A stretch of 64,000 bases of DNA from Gemmatimonadaceae bacterium (GTDB lineage: Bacteria > Gemmatimonadota > Gemmatimonadetes > Gemmatimonadales > Gemmatimonadaceae): positions 96,001-160,000 of the forward strand of contig JBGAJQ010000002.1 in NCBI GenBank assembly GCA_044224875.1, written 5' to 3'. The position numbers and the translations under genes are program-made. Positions 51,235 to 60,105 of the stretch are shown piece after piece. Each line of letters starts with the position of its first letter. Position 1 is the first letter of the stretch. A model generated the notes under the pieces. The model ran no database searches. It was not told where the DNA came from and saw only the letters and a list, made by a program, of their open reading frames with translations.

Positions 51235-53007
51235 CTAGCGTCTCTGAAACTCCGGACTGCCTAACGCAAGTCCGACCATTTGTGCCAATCCGTTGAGCGC
51301 CACGGGTTGCCCCGCCAGCGGTCGCGACGCGCGCCGCATTCGCGGCCCGGACCGGTCCTCGTCGTTCATGGTCATCTGGTTCACGGCGTCGTCGATGGCA
51401 TGATCGCTCAGGACACTATCCGCACCGGCTCGTTCCAGAAACGGGTTCCTTCCTGTTTCGAGTATGGCGCGGGTGGCGCCGGAGACATGCCCGCCCAGGA
51501 GCGTCGCAATCACGCTATCCACCTGCACATCGGCCGGTTGATGCACCAGGCCGGCGTATGCTGGCCACGCAGACAGCCTCACCCCAGGCACTCGGCCAGC
51601 TGCAACAGTCAAGCCGAAGTTGATGCGGTTGAGGATCGCACCGGTGTTCATCCAGGACTCGCCGGTTTCCGGCCAGCCATTGGGCGCCTGGTGACCGTAG
51701 ATCGGCTGGCCGAGCTGGGCCACGATGGCGGCCGTGCGCGCCGTGGTGTCGGCGCCGGCGCCCAACGCACGCAACGCGCTGACAACCACCTCGAACGGCG
51801 ATTTTACCTTGGCGCGATAGGCCTGTCGTGAGAAGAACTCCGGCGATGTGACGATCGTGCGCACGACGGCGCGGATGTCACCGTCCGTTCGCTGGAACGT
51901 TACGGCCGCGCGTTCCACCAGGGCACCCGGTGGCGTATCGCTGACAAAGCGAACCGCGAGCTTTCGGGCAATGAACCTGGCGGTAGACGGGTGATGGGCC
52001 ACGATGTCGAGGACTTCCTCACCATCCTCGATACCGCGGCCACCGCGAAGGTGGTGTCCAAGGACCGTCTTGGGCTCGGCGTCGTGCGCGGCGGCATTGA
52101 AGACAAAGCCATACTGGCCCAGGCGTGGCGGCCGTACGGTCCATCCAGTGAGTGCGCGAGCAACATTGATGACGTCGTCCTGCGTGTACCCACCGTCGAC
52201 ACCTAACGTGTGCAACTCCAGGAGTTCACGCGCGTAGTTCTCGTTCAGGCCACGCGCGCGCCTTTGGGCGACGAGACGACGCCCGCGGCCCCGAGCGTCA
52301 CCGGACACACGGCGGCCTGAGTCCGCGATGGAGAGGGCGTTGTCCAGGTAGCTCAGCATGGCCGGACTCTTGGCCACGGCGCCTAACAACTCTCGAAATG
52401 TGCCCAGTGCGCGCGGTCGAATGGCCTCACGATTGTACTCCGGAATGGCATAGCGAACCTGGTTCTTGCCGACAAAGACGGTGAAGTGATTCTCCCAGAA
52501 ATCGGTCATGACCTCGAGCAGCTGGCGGTCGCTGGTAACCGCACGCGCCACCTTGGACGAGAGCAACTCGGCTACAAATGTGCGAGTTCCGCGCGCCTTC
52601 CTCAGCACGTCGGCTCGCTCCGCCGGCGTCAGCATGGTGTCGCCGCGAGCCCGGGCCCTGAGCAGCGTAGCGCCGGGAGGGGGATAGTCTCGGAGTAGGT
52701 CGGCCGAAGACAAGCCGAGCGTGGGATACGCTTCCGCCAGGCGCTGTTCGGCCGGGTCTGGTAGTCGCTCCGGACGGAGTTGTCGATCGATCCAGCGATC
52801 CACGCCGAGCGCCAGTACCTCGTCCACGTTCCCGGGACGTGGTCCAAAGGCCAGGCGGTTCAGCACCTGCAGGGCTTGCTCTCGCGTTGTGAGTTCGCGC
52901 GGGGCAACTCGCACTGTTGCGACGTCGGGCTCGGCGGTCGGAGCGCGGCCCGCGCATCCTGACGAAATGACGGAGACGATCGCTAACCCAAAGACCCATC
53001 GCATCAT
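51235..53007 (-). CDS. DUF1800 family protein, probable lipoprotein
   Basis: LNRLAFGPRPG, FWENHF, PAML.YLDN, NENYARELLELHTLG, ARALTGW, SPEFQRR; paired with DUF1501. Confidence 0.9.
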   Translation of the reverse strand: MMRWVFGLAIVSVISSGCAGRAPTAEPDVATVRVAPRELTTREQALQVLNRLAFGPRPGNVDEVLALGVDRWIDRQLRPERLPDPAEQRLAEAYPTLGLSSADLLRDYPPPGATLLRARARGDTMLTPAERADVLRKARGTRTFVAELLSSKVARAVTSDRQLLEVMTDFWENHFTVFVGKNQVRYAIPEYNREAIRPRALGTFRELLGAVAKSPAMLSYLDNALSIADSGRRVSGDARGRGRRLVAQRRARGLNENYARELLELHTLGVDGGYTQDDVINVARALTGWTVRPPRLGQYGFVFNAAAHDAEPKTVLGHHLRGGRGIEDGEEVLDIVAHHPSTARFIARKLAVRFVSDTPPGALVERAAVTFQRTDGDIRAVVRTIVTSPEFFSRQAYRAKVKSPFEVVVSALRALGAGADTTARTAAIVAQLGQPIYGHQAPNGWPETGESWMNTGAILNRINFGLTVAAGRVPGVRLSAWPAYAGLVHQPADVQVDSVIATLLGGHVSGATRAILETGRNPFLERAGADSVLSDHAIDDAVNQMTMNDEDRSGPRMRRASRPLAGQPVALNGLAQMVGLALGSPEFQRR

Positions 53008-53246
53008 TGGCTGCCATTCCCGCGCCGAGTGTGAACGGATAGACGTCCCCTTCGGGAGAATGTGAAGGAGGAAGACGGATTTCCGTGCCAGGGCTCGCAA
53101 GGAGGGTCAGGTGGTCGGTAAAGATGGCCGGTGTGGTAACCGATACTAGAGGGAGATAAACCTCACGTCGCTTTGCGACTCTTCGCCCGGCGCCGCGCTG
53201 CGCGTTAGGCCATTTCACTTCTATTGATGACTCGTTCAGGGGACGT

Positions 53247-53612
53247 ATGAGCAAGACGGCTCTTGTCGTCGACGATTCCAGCACCATGCGCGAGATGGTC
53301 TCGTTCTCTCTTCGTGAGGCGGGCTTTGAGACTGTCACCGCAGGGAATGGCCAGGAAGGCCTCGACGCACTGCAAGGGAAGTCGGTGGACTTGATCATTT
53401 CCGACCTCAACATGCCGGTGATGGACGGGCTCACCTTCCTGAAGGAGGTGCGCGCGTTGGAAGCGTGCAAGTTCACGCCGGTACTCATGCTGACGACCGA
53501 GTCCGGGCAATCGATGAAGGACCAGGCCAAGACACTTGGCGCGACCGGATGGCTCGTGAAGCCATTCAACCCCGAGATGCTCCGCAAGGTGATCGCCAAG
53601 GTCGTCCCCTGA
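53247..53612 (+). CDS. cheY: Single-domain CheY-like response regulator
   Basis: LVVDDS, ISDLNMPVMDG, LMLTTES, GATGWLVKPF. Confidence 0.88.
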   Translation: MSKTALVVDDSSTMREMVSFSLREAGFETVTAGNGQEGLDALQGKSVDLIISDLNMPVMDGLTFLKEVRALEACKFTPVLMLTTESGQSMKDQAKTLGATGWLVKPFNPEMLRKVIAKVVP

Positions 53613-53622
53613 CGGCCGTGCG

Positions 53623-54234
53623 ATGACCGAGCCTGCGGCCCCCAGCCGCGCTACTTCCTCACGAGGCGAACGATCTACCGTGGAGCAACCAGCCGTTTCC
53701 GTACCTGAGGGGGCACTCCGAGCGCGCGTGCAGTTGTTGCACGACAGCGTGCAGGATGCGTTGGAGTCCCAGTTTTCCGAGGCATTCAGCGACCTGGTGC
53801 AGTTGCGATCGATCCTGGGCGATGCGACGGGCAAGCTCGCTCAGGCGTTTGGCACCATGGTGCGGCAGGCGCGGGAGCAAGAGCGACAGGCGTTGGAGCT
53901 GCAACGACAGGTCGGCGCTGACGCCGCGGCCGGCGTGGTGAAGCTCGCGGGCGAGATCAGTCGTGACGCGATGTTGGTCGTCCAGGCACTGCAATTCGAA
54001 GACATGGCGAACCAGCTGCTCCAACACGTGGACAAGAAGATTGCCTGGTTGCAGAACTTTGCCATCGATGCATCGATCTTGCGCGCGTCGGTCATCAACG
54101 ACGTCGTTGGGATGACGACGGCAGACTTCGAGCAGATCGAGGAGCGGGTTCGGCAGTTGCGCGAGCAGCTGCAATCGTCGCGGAAGGCCGTGCTGCAGGA
54201 ATCACTCGACGAAGGTGATATCGAGCTGTTTTGA
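53623..54234 (+). CDS. Coiled-coil chemotaxis-associated protein with CheZ-like DxxxQ motif
   Basis: VQALQFEDMANQLLQHV; acidic C-terminal SLDEGDIELF. Confidence 0.6.
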   Translation: MTEPAAPSRATSSRGERSTVEQPAVSVPEGALRARVQLLHDSVQDALESQFSEAFSDLVQLRSILGDATGKLAQAFGTMVRQAREQERQALELQRQVGADAAAGVVKLAGEISRDAMLVVQALQFEDMANQLLQHVDKKIAWLQNFAIDASILRASVINDVVGMTTADFEQIEERVRQLREQLQSSRKAVLQESLDEGDIELF

Positions 54235-54396
54235 ACCTGCATCGCGACACGGGGATTTCTCGATCCTGCGAGCGTCGAGCGATCCGCGGTCGTCATGTTA
54301 ACGCGGCCTCATGTTGGCGCCGATACTCGGACAAGGTGCCCGCCGATACTCGGGAGTAAGGGCGCGATCACGAACCACTTCAGTATCCGGTAGCGA

Positions 54397-55740
54397 ATGA
54401 AGATCCTGTTGGTCGAAGACGATCCTGTCACACGCGAGATCGTGAAGCGCATGCTTACACGAATCGCGGACACCGTCATTGAGGCGGGGGATGGTCTGGA
54501 AGCGCTGGAGCTGATCGAGCGCGAAGATCCGGATTTTCTATTCACGGACCTTCACATGCCCGTGATGGACGGGTACAACCTGGTGAAGGCGATTCGTGCC
54601 TCGCCACAGTGGGCCGCGCTGCCGATCGTCTGCTTGTCCGGGATTCGCGATCGTGCGGAAGTGATGAAGCTGTTGGACCTGGGCATTGCCGACTACATCC
54701 TGAAGCCGATTCGTCCGCAGTCGGCCCACGATCGATTCCGAGCGGTGGTGGCACAGCATGCTGGCTGGCGTCGCACCCAGCGGGTGGGTGATCGACGTAC
54801 GTTGCTGCTGGTGGATGGCGACCCGAATTTCCGCACCTTTGCCAAGAACCTCTTGGAGATCGACTTTGAGGTGCAGGAGTCCATTTCTGGTTCGGACGCC
54901 GCGCGCAAGTATCAACAGGCGTCGCCCAAGCCGGACGTTGTGCTCGTCGCCGAGGGGTTGAAGCTGCTGTCGGAGACGCAGCTGGCGGAGATGATCCGAC
55001 GCTTCGCGTCGGACGCACGAGTGGCGCCGCCGACGATTCTCCTGATGTCCGAATCGGCCGAACTTCCCCCGGAGAAGTCCAAGCGATTTGCCGCGGTGAT
55101 CAAGCGTTCGTTCGTGCCTGGGGAGTTCGAGCTGGAAGTACGCCGCTGGTTGTTCAAGGCGGAGTCGCCGTTCGAAAAGCTCACCACGCACATCGAGAAC
55201 GATGCCCGGGAGTGGTTCGCCACGGGTGTCCGTCAGACGTTGGGTGTCATGGCGGGAAGCGACGCGAGCGTAGTGACGTCGGGGGTGGACGGGACCGTGA
55301 ATCAGGGGGTCGCGGCGACCGTTCGGCTCGAGTCACCGAGTGTTGGTGGAGAGCTTCTGGTCCAGATCGCGTCGTCGCGGGAGGACGCGACACGCATCGC
55401 CGCGGCCGTCATGCGGCGTGATGACGTCTCGGAGACGGAGCCGGGAGAGGTGTTCGCGGAGCTGATCAACGTCATCGGCGGACGCGTGCGGGCATCACTC
55501 GAACAGCATGGTTGGGACCTGCGCCTGTCCCTGCCCGTGGTCGACAACGCCTACAGCAGCAACGACGAGAGTTGGAGCCTGGCCTCGTGGTTCCGCACGA
55601 CGGCCGGTGACGCCTTTCATGTGGCGATCCGACTAACCTCCACCGGGCCGGTGGCAGCTCCACCGGTCCCCATGGCCGCACCAACGGATGCCGTTGCGTC
55701 TGACGGCGCCGAGGACGAGGTCGCCGACGCGTTGTTCTAG
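54397..55740 (+). CDS. REC, pseudo-REC and CheX/CheC-like phosphatase domain protein
   Basis: ILLVEDD..FTDLHMPVMDG..YILKP; second REC has VVLVAE (no phospho-Asp); AELINVIGG (ExxN) and LSLP. Confidence 0.8.
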   Translation: MKILLVEDDPVTREIVKRMLTRIADTVIEAGDGLEALELIEREDPDFLFTDLHMPVMDGYNLVKAIRASPQWAALPIVCLSGIRDRAEVMKLLDLGIADYILKPIRPQSAHDRFRAVVAQHAGWRRTQRVGDRRTLLLVDGDPNFRTFAKNLLEIDFEVQESISGSDAARKYQQASPKPDVVLVAEGLKLLSETQLAEMIRRFASDARVAPPTILLMSESAELPPEKSKRFAAVIKRSFVPGEFELEVRRWLFKAESPFEKLTTHIENDAREWFATGVRQTLGVMAGSDASVVTSGVDGTVNQGVAATVRLESPSVGGELLVQIASSREDATRIAAAVMRRDDVSETEPGEVFAELINVIGGRVRASLEQHGWDLRLSLPVVDNAYSSNDESWSLASWFRTTAGDAFHVAIRLTSTGPVAAPPVPMAAPTDAVASDGAEDEVADALF

Positions 55741-55895
55741 TCGGGCCCTTCATGGTCGAGCCGTCGAGTAGCTGTGTGACGGAGCAACCATGCGGTCGGA
55801 ACGCCGGCGTGCACTGGAGTTACCCGACGACTTGCGGCACTGGAGTTGCCGCTCACTACCCGGCCGCATGGTTGTTTCTTACTCCCTTCCGTCTC

Positions 55896-56402
55896 TTACT
55901 GCAGTTTCGCCTGCTTGAGTTCGGCCATCGTCCACGCGCCCGCGCGCGACGATGTGGCGGCGCGGACGGCCGCGACCTGCTCGGCGGTGACCGCAGACGC
56001 GGTGTTGCCCCAGGACGAACGTTCGTACGTCAGAATCGCCGCGATTTGTGCGTCGCTCAGCTGAGACCAGGGCGCCATGACGTTGTTGAACTTCTGCCCG
56101 CCGACGGTGATTTCGCCCTGCAGTCCGTGCAGGATAATGGCGATGGGCATGGAGGGGTCCCCGGTCACGATTTCGGAGCCCGCAAGTGGCGGATACGTTG
56201 CGGGAAGTCCCGCCCCGTTGGCCTGGTGACAGGTCTGACAAACGATGTACTCGGTTGCGCCGTCAGGTCCGGCGGCCACCGCCGGTGTTGAAGCTGGCGG
56301 AGTCGCCGTGGTGGCAGTATCGGTACGAGCGGTCTCGCCGCCTCCGCCACAGGCCAGGGAAGGGATCACGATGGAAAGCACGACAACGGAACGGAACGAC
56401 AC
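55896..56402 (-). CDS. Monoheme cytochrome c lipoprotein (c552-like)
   Basis: GTG start after GGAG; lipobox SLAC; CQTCHQANG.G....YPPLAGS; FNNVMAP; WGN. Confidence 0.85.
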   Translation of the reverse strand: MSFRSVVVLSIVIPSLACGGGGETARTDTATTATPPASTPAVAAGPDGATEYIVCQTCHQANGAGLPATYPPLAGSEIVTGDPSMPIAIILHGLQGEITVGGQKFNNVMAPWSQLSDAQIAAILTYERSSWGNTASAVTAEQVAAVRAATSSRAGAWTMAELKQAKLQ

Positions 56403-56446
56403 GGCAGGGATCTCCGGAAAGGGGTGAACGAGGTACGACAGTTTGG

Positions 56447-56857
56447 CTAGGGCTTGGCGACGCTGAACGAGAACTCGCCGCGCACCGGATGCCCGTCGCG
56501 AGACGCGGCGCGCCACTTCACGACGTAGCTGCCGGGTGCCAACGCGCCCGTGACGTCAGCGAGGAGCAGGGTGGCATCGGGTCCCTCGTTGCGCGCCTTG
56601 CTCATGGCCACGGACGTGCCACCGGCGGCTTCGAGTGTGATGCTGCTGACGGCGACTGTCACGTCTTCGGAAAACCAGAGCTTGATGGCCTTGGGGGCGA
56701 TGGTCACGGCGCTGTCCTTGGCGGGCTCTGACTTCACAAGGCGCAAGTGAAAGGGGGCGAACCCTCCGTCCATAGGCGCAGCTGACGAATGACGGGCCGT
56801 GGGTAGCGAAATCGTGGTGGCAAGTGAGAGCAACAGCAGGGGAACGGAGCGGACCAT
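56447..56857 (-). CDS. copC: Copper resistance protein CopC
   Basis: HLRLVKSEPAKDS, L.FSE, GSYVVKWRAASRDGHPVRGEFSF. Confidence 0.9.
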   Translation of the reverse strand: MVRSVPLLLLSLATTISLPTARHSSAAPMDGGFAPFHLRLVKSEPAKDSAVTIAPKAIKLWFSEDVTVAVSSITLEAAGGTSVAMSKARNEGPDATLLLADVTGALAPGSYVVKWRAASRDGHPVRGEFSFSVAKP

Positions 56858-56896
56858 GGCAGGAAACTCCAGAGATGGCTTGAGTGTGTTGGTGCG

Positions 56897-58081
56897 TCAG
56901 CGGGAGCCAGGTGCGGCGTGGGGCAGGAAGGGGTTGGAGAATCGAGGATCGGTGACGAACGCAGAGTCGGTGAGGCTGTTAAGGAATGCGAGGACGTCAC
57001 GGCGCTCCGACGGACTCAGCACGAATCCCTTCACAAAGCCGCTCTTGAACGGATTTCGACGACCGACGCCAGCCAGCGGCCCTCCGACAATCGTTCGTCC
57101 GCCAGCGGCATAGTGCGCAATCACGCCGTCGAGCGTCGGAATGCTTCCGTCGTGCATGTACGGCGCGGTCAGGGCGATGTTCCGCAACGTCGGTGCCTTG
57201 AAGCGGCCCATGTCCGCGGGGCGTTCTGTGTGCTCCTTGATTCCAACGTTGTCAGCGGGATAGGCACCACTTCCATGCAGGTTGTAGAGTCCGGTGTTGT
57301 GGAACTCGACCTCAACAAAGCCCTTGCCGACGTAGTCCACCGTATTCGTCAGGTTGAACCCTCCGTGGCAATGGAAGCACTCCAGTCGTTCGGAGAAAAA
57401 CAGGGATTCCCCACGTCGCGCCGAACGAGAGATGGCGGTGGAGTCTCCCTGCCGGAAGCGGTCGTACGGCGATGTCCCCGAGATCAGCGTCCGCTCGAAC
57501 GAGGCGATGGCCTTGGTCACCTGATCGAGCGTTGGCGACGCCGCACCCGGGAACGACTCCCGGAACAGGCGCTGATAGAGCGTGTCAGCTGACAGTCTCG
57601 CCAGCATCTCCTTGTCTTTCCCCGCCAGCCCCAACTCCACTGGAGTCTCGCCAAACATGGGCACAAGCGCCTGCGCCTCGAGGGACCGCTGGTTCGGATT
57701 TGCCCAGGTGAGGACCGGTGCGAACGCGATGTTGGTGAGCCCCATGGAATTCCGGGGGTGCACCTGCCCCGTGGATCCCACCGCCAGCGGTAGGGCGTCG
57801 GCAAAGGCGCGTTCCTGCTTGTGGCAGTTCGCGCAAGCAAACGTCCCGTTGCCCGACAGGCGGGTGTCGTAGAACAGGCGACGACCCAGTTCGACCTTGA
57901 TGGTCGACATCGGATTGTCGGCTGGCACCTTGGGTTGGGGAATCCCGGGTGGAAGGCGCCAGACGTATGGCTCATCGGCACGCGTCGTGTGCACGTTGGC
58001 ACGTCCGGTCGCCGAACCGATCGTGAACGCGGTGGCGCCAGTGGCCAAGGCGGGCCACAGGTGCACCCACCGAATACTCAT
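56897..58081 (-). CDS. mbnH: MbnH family diheme enzyme (bCcP/MauG superfamily)
   Basis: VPADNPMS..KVELGRRLFYD.RLS, CANCH, CFHCH, PMFGETPVELG, FKAPTLRN, PYMHDG, NPFKS; overlaps mbnP stop. Confidence 0.88.
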   Translation of the reverse strand: MSIRWVHLWPALATGATAFTIGSATGRANVHTTRADEPYVWRLPPGIPQPKVPADNPMSTIKVELGRRLFYDTRLSGNGTFACANCHKQERAFADALPLAVGSTGQVHPRNSMGLTNIAFAPVLTWANPNQRSLEAQALVPMFGETPVELGLAGKDKEMLARLSADTLYQRLFRESFPGAASPTLDQVTKAIASFERTLISGTSPYDRFRQGDSTAISRSARRGESLFFSERLECFHCHGGFNLTNTVDYVGKGFVEVEFHNTGLYNLHGSGAYPADNVGIKEHTERPADMGRFKAPTLRNIALTAPYMHDGSIPTLDGVIAHYAAGGRTIVGGPLAGVGRRNPFKSGFVKGFVLSPSERRDVLAFLNSLTDSAFVTDPRFSNPFLPHAAPGSR

Positions 58082-58971
58082 GGCGTGGCTCCGCTCGGCC
58101 GTTTCCGGAATGTGGTTTGCGCGTGTGCTCCCTGCTCACGGAACGGCAGGCCTAACGCGGCAAAGAGCGGCGCGCAGTCGCCATCCTGCTGGCCGGACAT
58201 GCACCCGGCGGCCGTCTTTGGCTGGTTCACCGACACATTGGCGCGCGCGAGCAGCCGCCCCAGGTCAAACACGACTTCATCGCGTGAGAGCGAGAAGTCG
58301 CTCAGCTCAATCGTCGGCCGGTTCGGAAAGGTGCACTGCGTGGGAATGGTGCTGGCGCTCCCGTCGGGTGTGCACCCGGTGCTGCCAAGGTGCACCATCC
58401 AGAACGACTTCAGTCCGGTTTGCAGGTCCACGCGCATGAACTTGTGGCCGGAATTCCAAGCCCAGAACATGGCCGTGAGCGAAAGCGGCGACGGTTGCGT
58501 GGCCAAGTCCAGGTGATTTCGCTCGAACGGCACGCCAATCGTGAAGCGCACCCCGGCATAGTCGCCAACCGGTACCGTGCCTTCGACGACATTCCGCGTC
58601 TGTGGGGTGCCGTTCTCGCACGGGCCACCCCCGTTCTCGAAATCGAGCAGGGCAATGTTCTCGAATTGCCACAAGCTGTCTTGCGTCAGGCTCAACGGAA
58701 CGTCGGAGCCGTCCGCACGCACGAGCCTCACATCATGAACGAAGAACCGCATGTCGGTGGGCGTGATGCGGGCCTTGGTCACGCCAATCTTGGCGTACGA
58801 GCCACCGCAGGAAAACGGCGTTTCCCCCACCTCAGCGGCGAATCGAAGTCGAACCGTTTGGATGGCGACGGAATCCGTAGTGGCGGTCGCCGGCGCAGAA
58901 CGCGGCGTGTCGAACGATGCGTGGAAACCGACGCCCAATGCGGCGCCGAGAAGTGCAAAGCGAACAAACAT
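58078..58971 (-). CDS. mbnP: MbnP family copper-binding protein
   Basis: DMRFFV, ALLDFE, F.IGVP...NH, MFWAWNSGHKF (WxW), HLGSTGC, CMSG..D.DC; GGAG RBS. Confidence 0.88.
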   Translation of the reverse strand: MFVRFALLGAALGVGFHASFDTPRSAPATATTDSVAIQTVRLRFAAEVGETPFSCGGSYAKIGVTKARITPTDMRFFVHDVRLVRADGSDVPLSLTQDSLWQFENIALLDFENGGGPCENGTPQTRNVVEGTVPVGDYAGVRFTIGVPFERNHLDLATQPSPLSLTAMFWAWNSGHKFMRVDLQTGLKSFWMVHLGSTGCTPDGSASTIPTQCTFPNRPTIELSDFSLSRDEVVFDLGRLLARANVSVNQPKTAAGCMSGQQDGDCAPLFAALGLPFREQGAHAQTTFRKRPSGATP

Positions 58972-58988
58972 GTCGTCTCCCGAGAGCG

Positions 58989-59132
58989 CCCACGATGCCG
59001 TGCCCAGTCGCAACCGACGTTGCGACTGACGAGGCGTGGGACTGAGGTCGTTTGTACGGCGTCCACCAGACGAATCGCGTGTCGCCGCTGGCGACCAACG
59101 CGACCGTTTCGCTCATGCCAAGGCACGAGCGA
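58989..59132 (-). promoter_or_regulatory. Hairpin-rich spacer between leader ORF and mbnP (attenuator-like)
   Basis: Stems at 59005-59028 (10 bp perfect), 59075-59103 and 59109-59132; outer CCCACG/CGTGGG pairing (58989-59040). Confidence 0.45.
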
Positions 59133-59144
59133 CTCTAGGTCTGG

Positions 59145-59507
59145 TCAGGCGGGCGGTGGGCCGTTCGCGAACGGGAGCTCGTGAGCCTGCCGGCTCTGGA
59201 TGAGCAGGCCGACGAGCGGACGCGGCGCTTGGACAACACGCACCACTGGGGAGACGACGAGCGTCGCCGCTCGCGGCAGGATGACCCGAGCCACACCGCA
59301 GCAGTCCCCGGCGCAGCGGCACGGATGCTGGGTGGTCTTGTCTGGGACGTGCGCTCCCGCCCCATGATGCTCGTGCGCGGCGACCGGTGTGGGCCGGGAC
59401 GCCCCATGCAGAGCACACTCGTGGACGCGCGCCTGCTCCCGCCAGCCGAACAACAGCAAGAGGGCGATGAGCCAACGGCCCAACGCGAGGGAGGCATGGT
59501 GGCGCAC
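59145..59507 (-). CDS. DUF2946/CruR-like Cys/His-rich leader peptide
   Basis: Hydrophobic N-terminus, ECALH, AAHEHHGAGAH, CRCAGDCC, C-terminal LPFANGPPPA; first ORF of copper operon. Confidence 0.65.
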   Translation of the reverse strand: MRHHASLALGRWLIALLLLFGWREQARVHECALHGASRPTPVAAHEHHGAGAHVPDKTTQHPCRCAGDCCGVARVILPRAATLVVSPVVRVVQAPRPLVGLLIQSRQAHELPFANGPPPA

Positions 59508-59725
59508 GAACCAAAAATATCAGGGTGTCAGAGCTGCGCCAGATCACCCCTGCGCCGGCCAATGCACCTCCAGCTTGCCCAGCAGTTGAGGGCAGAACAC
59601 GAACGATGGAGCGGGGGGAGCCCACTCCGCGCCGGGTCCACGATCGGGCACTGTTGTGGGGACGAATACCGAGGTAGCGAAACCTTTCCACCCGCGCCCA
59701 CGTATACTTCCGTGGCACTACTATT

Positions 59726-60103
59726 GTGAACGAGGTATCTACAGAGGGGGATCAGGTGGAACTACGTCGAGAACTCATGCGTGGCGCTGGCCCGGCAGCA
59801 GTCCTTCAGCTGCTCAAGCGACGCGAGATGTATGGGTACGAACTTGCCGAGGCGCTCGGCGAGCGCTCGGACGGGGTTCTGGCCATGGGGCAATCGACCC
59901 TGTACCCCCTACTCTATGGACTAGAGTCCAAGCGGCTGGTGGCCAGCCGTTGGGTTGAACTCAAGTCCGGACGAAAGCGACGGTACTATCGACTAACGGA
60001 CGCCGGTGCCGCCGAGCTCAAGGAGCACCGTGCCCGATGGCAGGAGCTGTTCGAAGCGATGGTGAACCTGGGCCTCGTCACTCCAATTCCCGCTGAGGGC
60101 TGA
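59726..60103 (+). CDS. PadR family transcriptional regulator
   Basis: ELMRG, MYGYELA, STLYPLLYGLE, GRKRRYYRLT; start uncertain. Confidence 0.9.
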   Translation: MNEVSTEGDQVELRRELMRGAGPAAVLQLLKRREMYGYELAEALGERSDGVLAMGQSTLYPLLYGLESKRLVASRWVELKSGRKRRYYRLTDAGAAELKEHRARWQELFEAMVNLGLVTPIPAEG

Positions 60104-60105
60104 AC

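Noticed and set aside
55896..59507. Methanobactin biosynthetic cluster
   Set aside because: No mbnA, mbnB, mbnC or mbnT in the window; MbnPH pairs occur without methanobactin.
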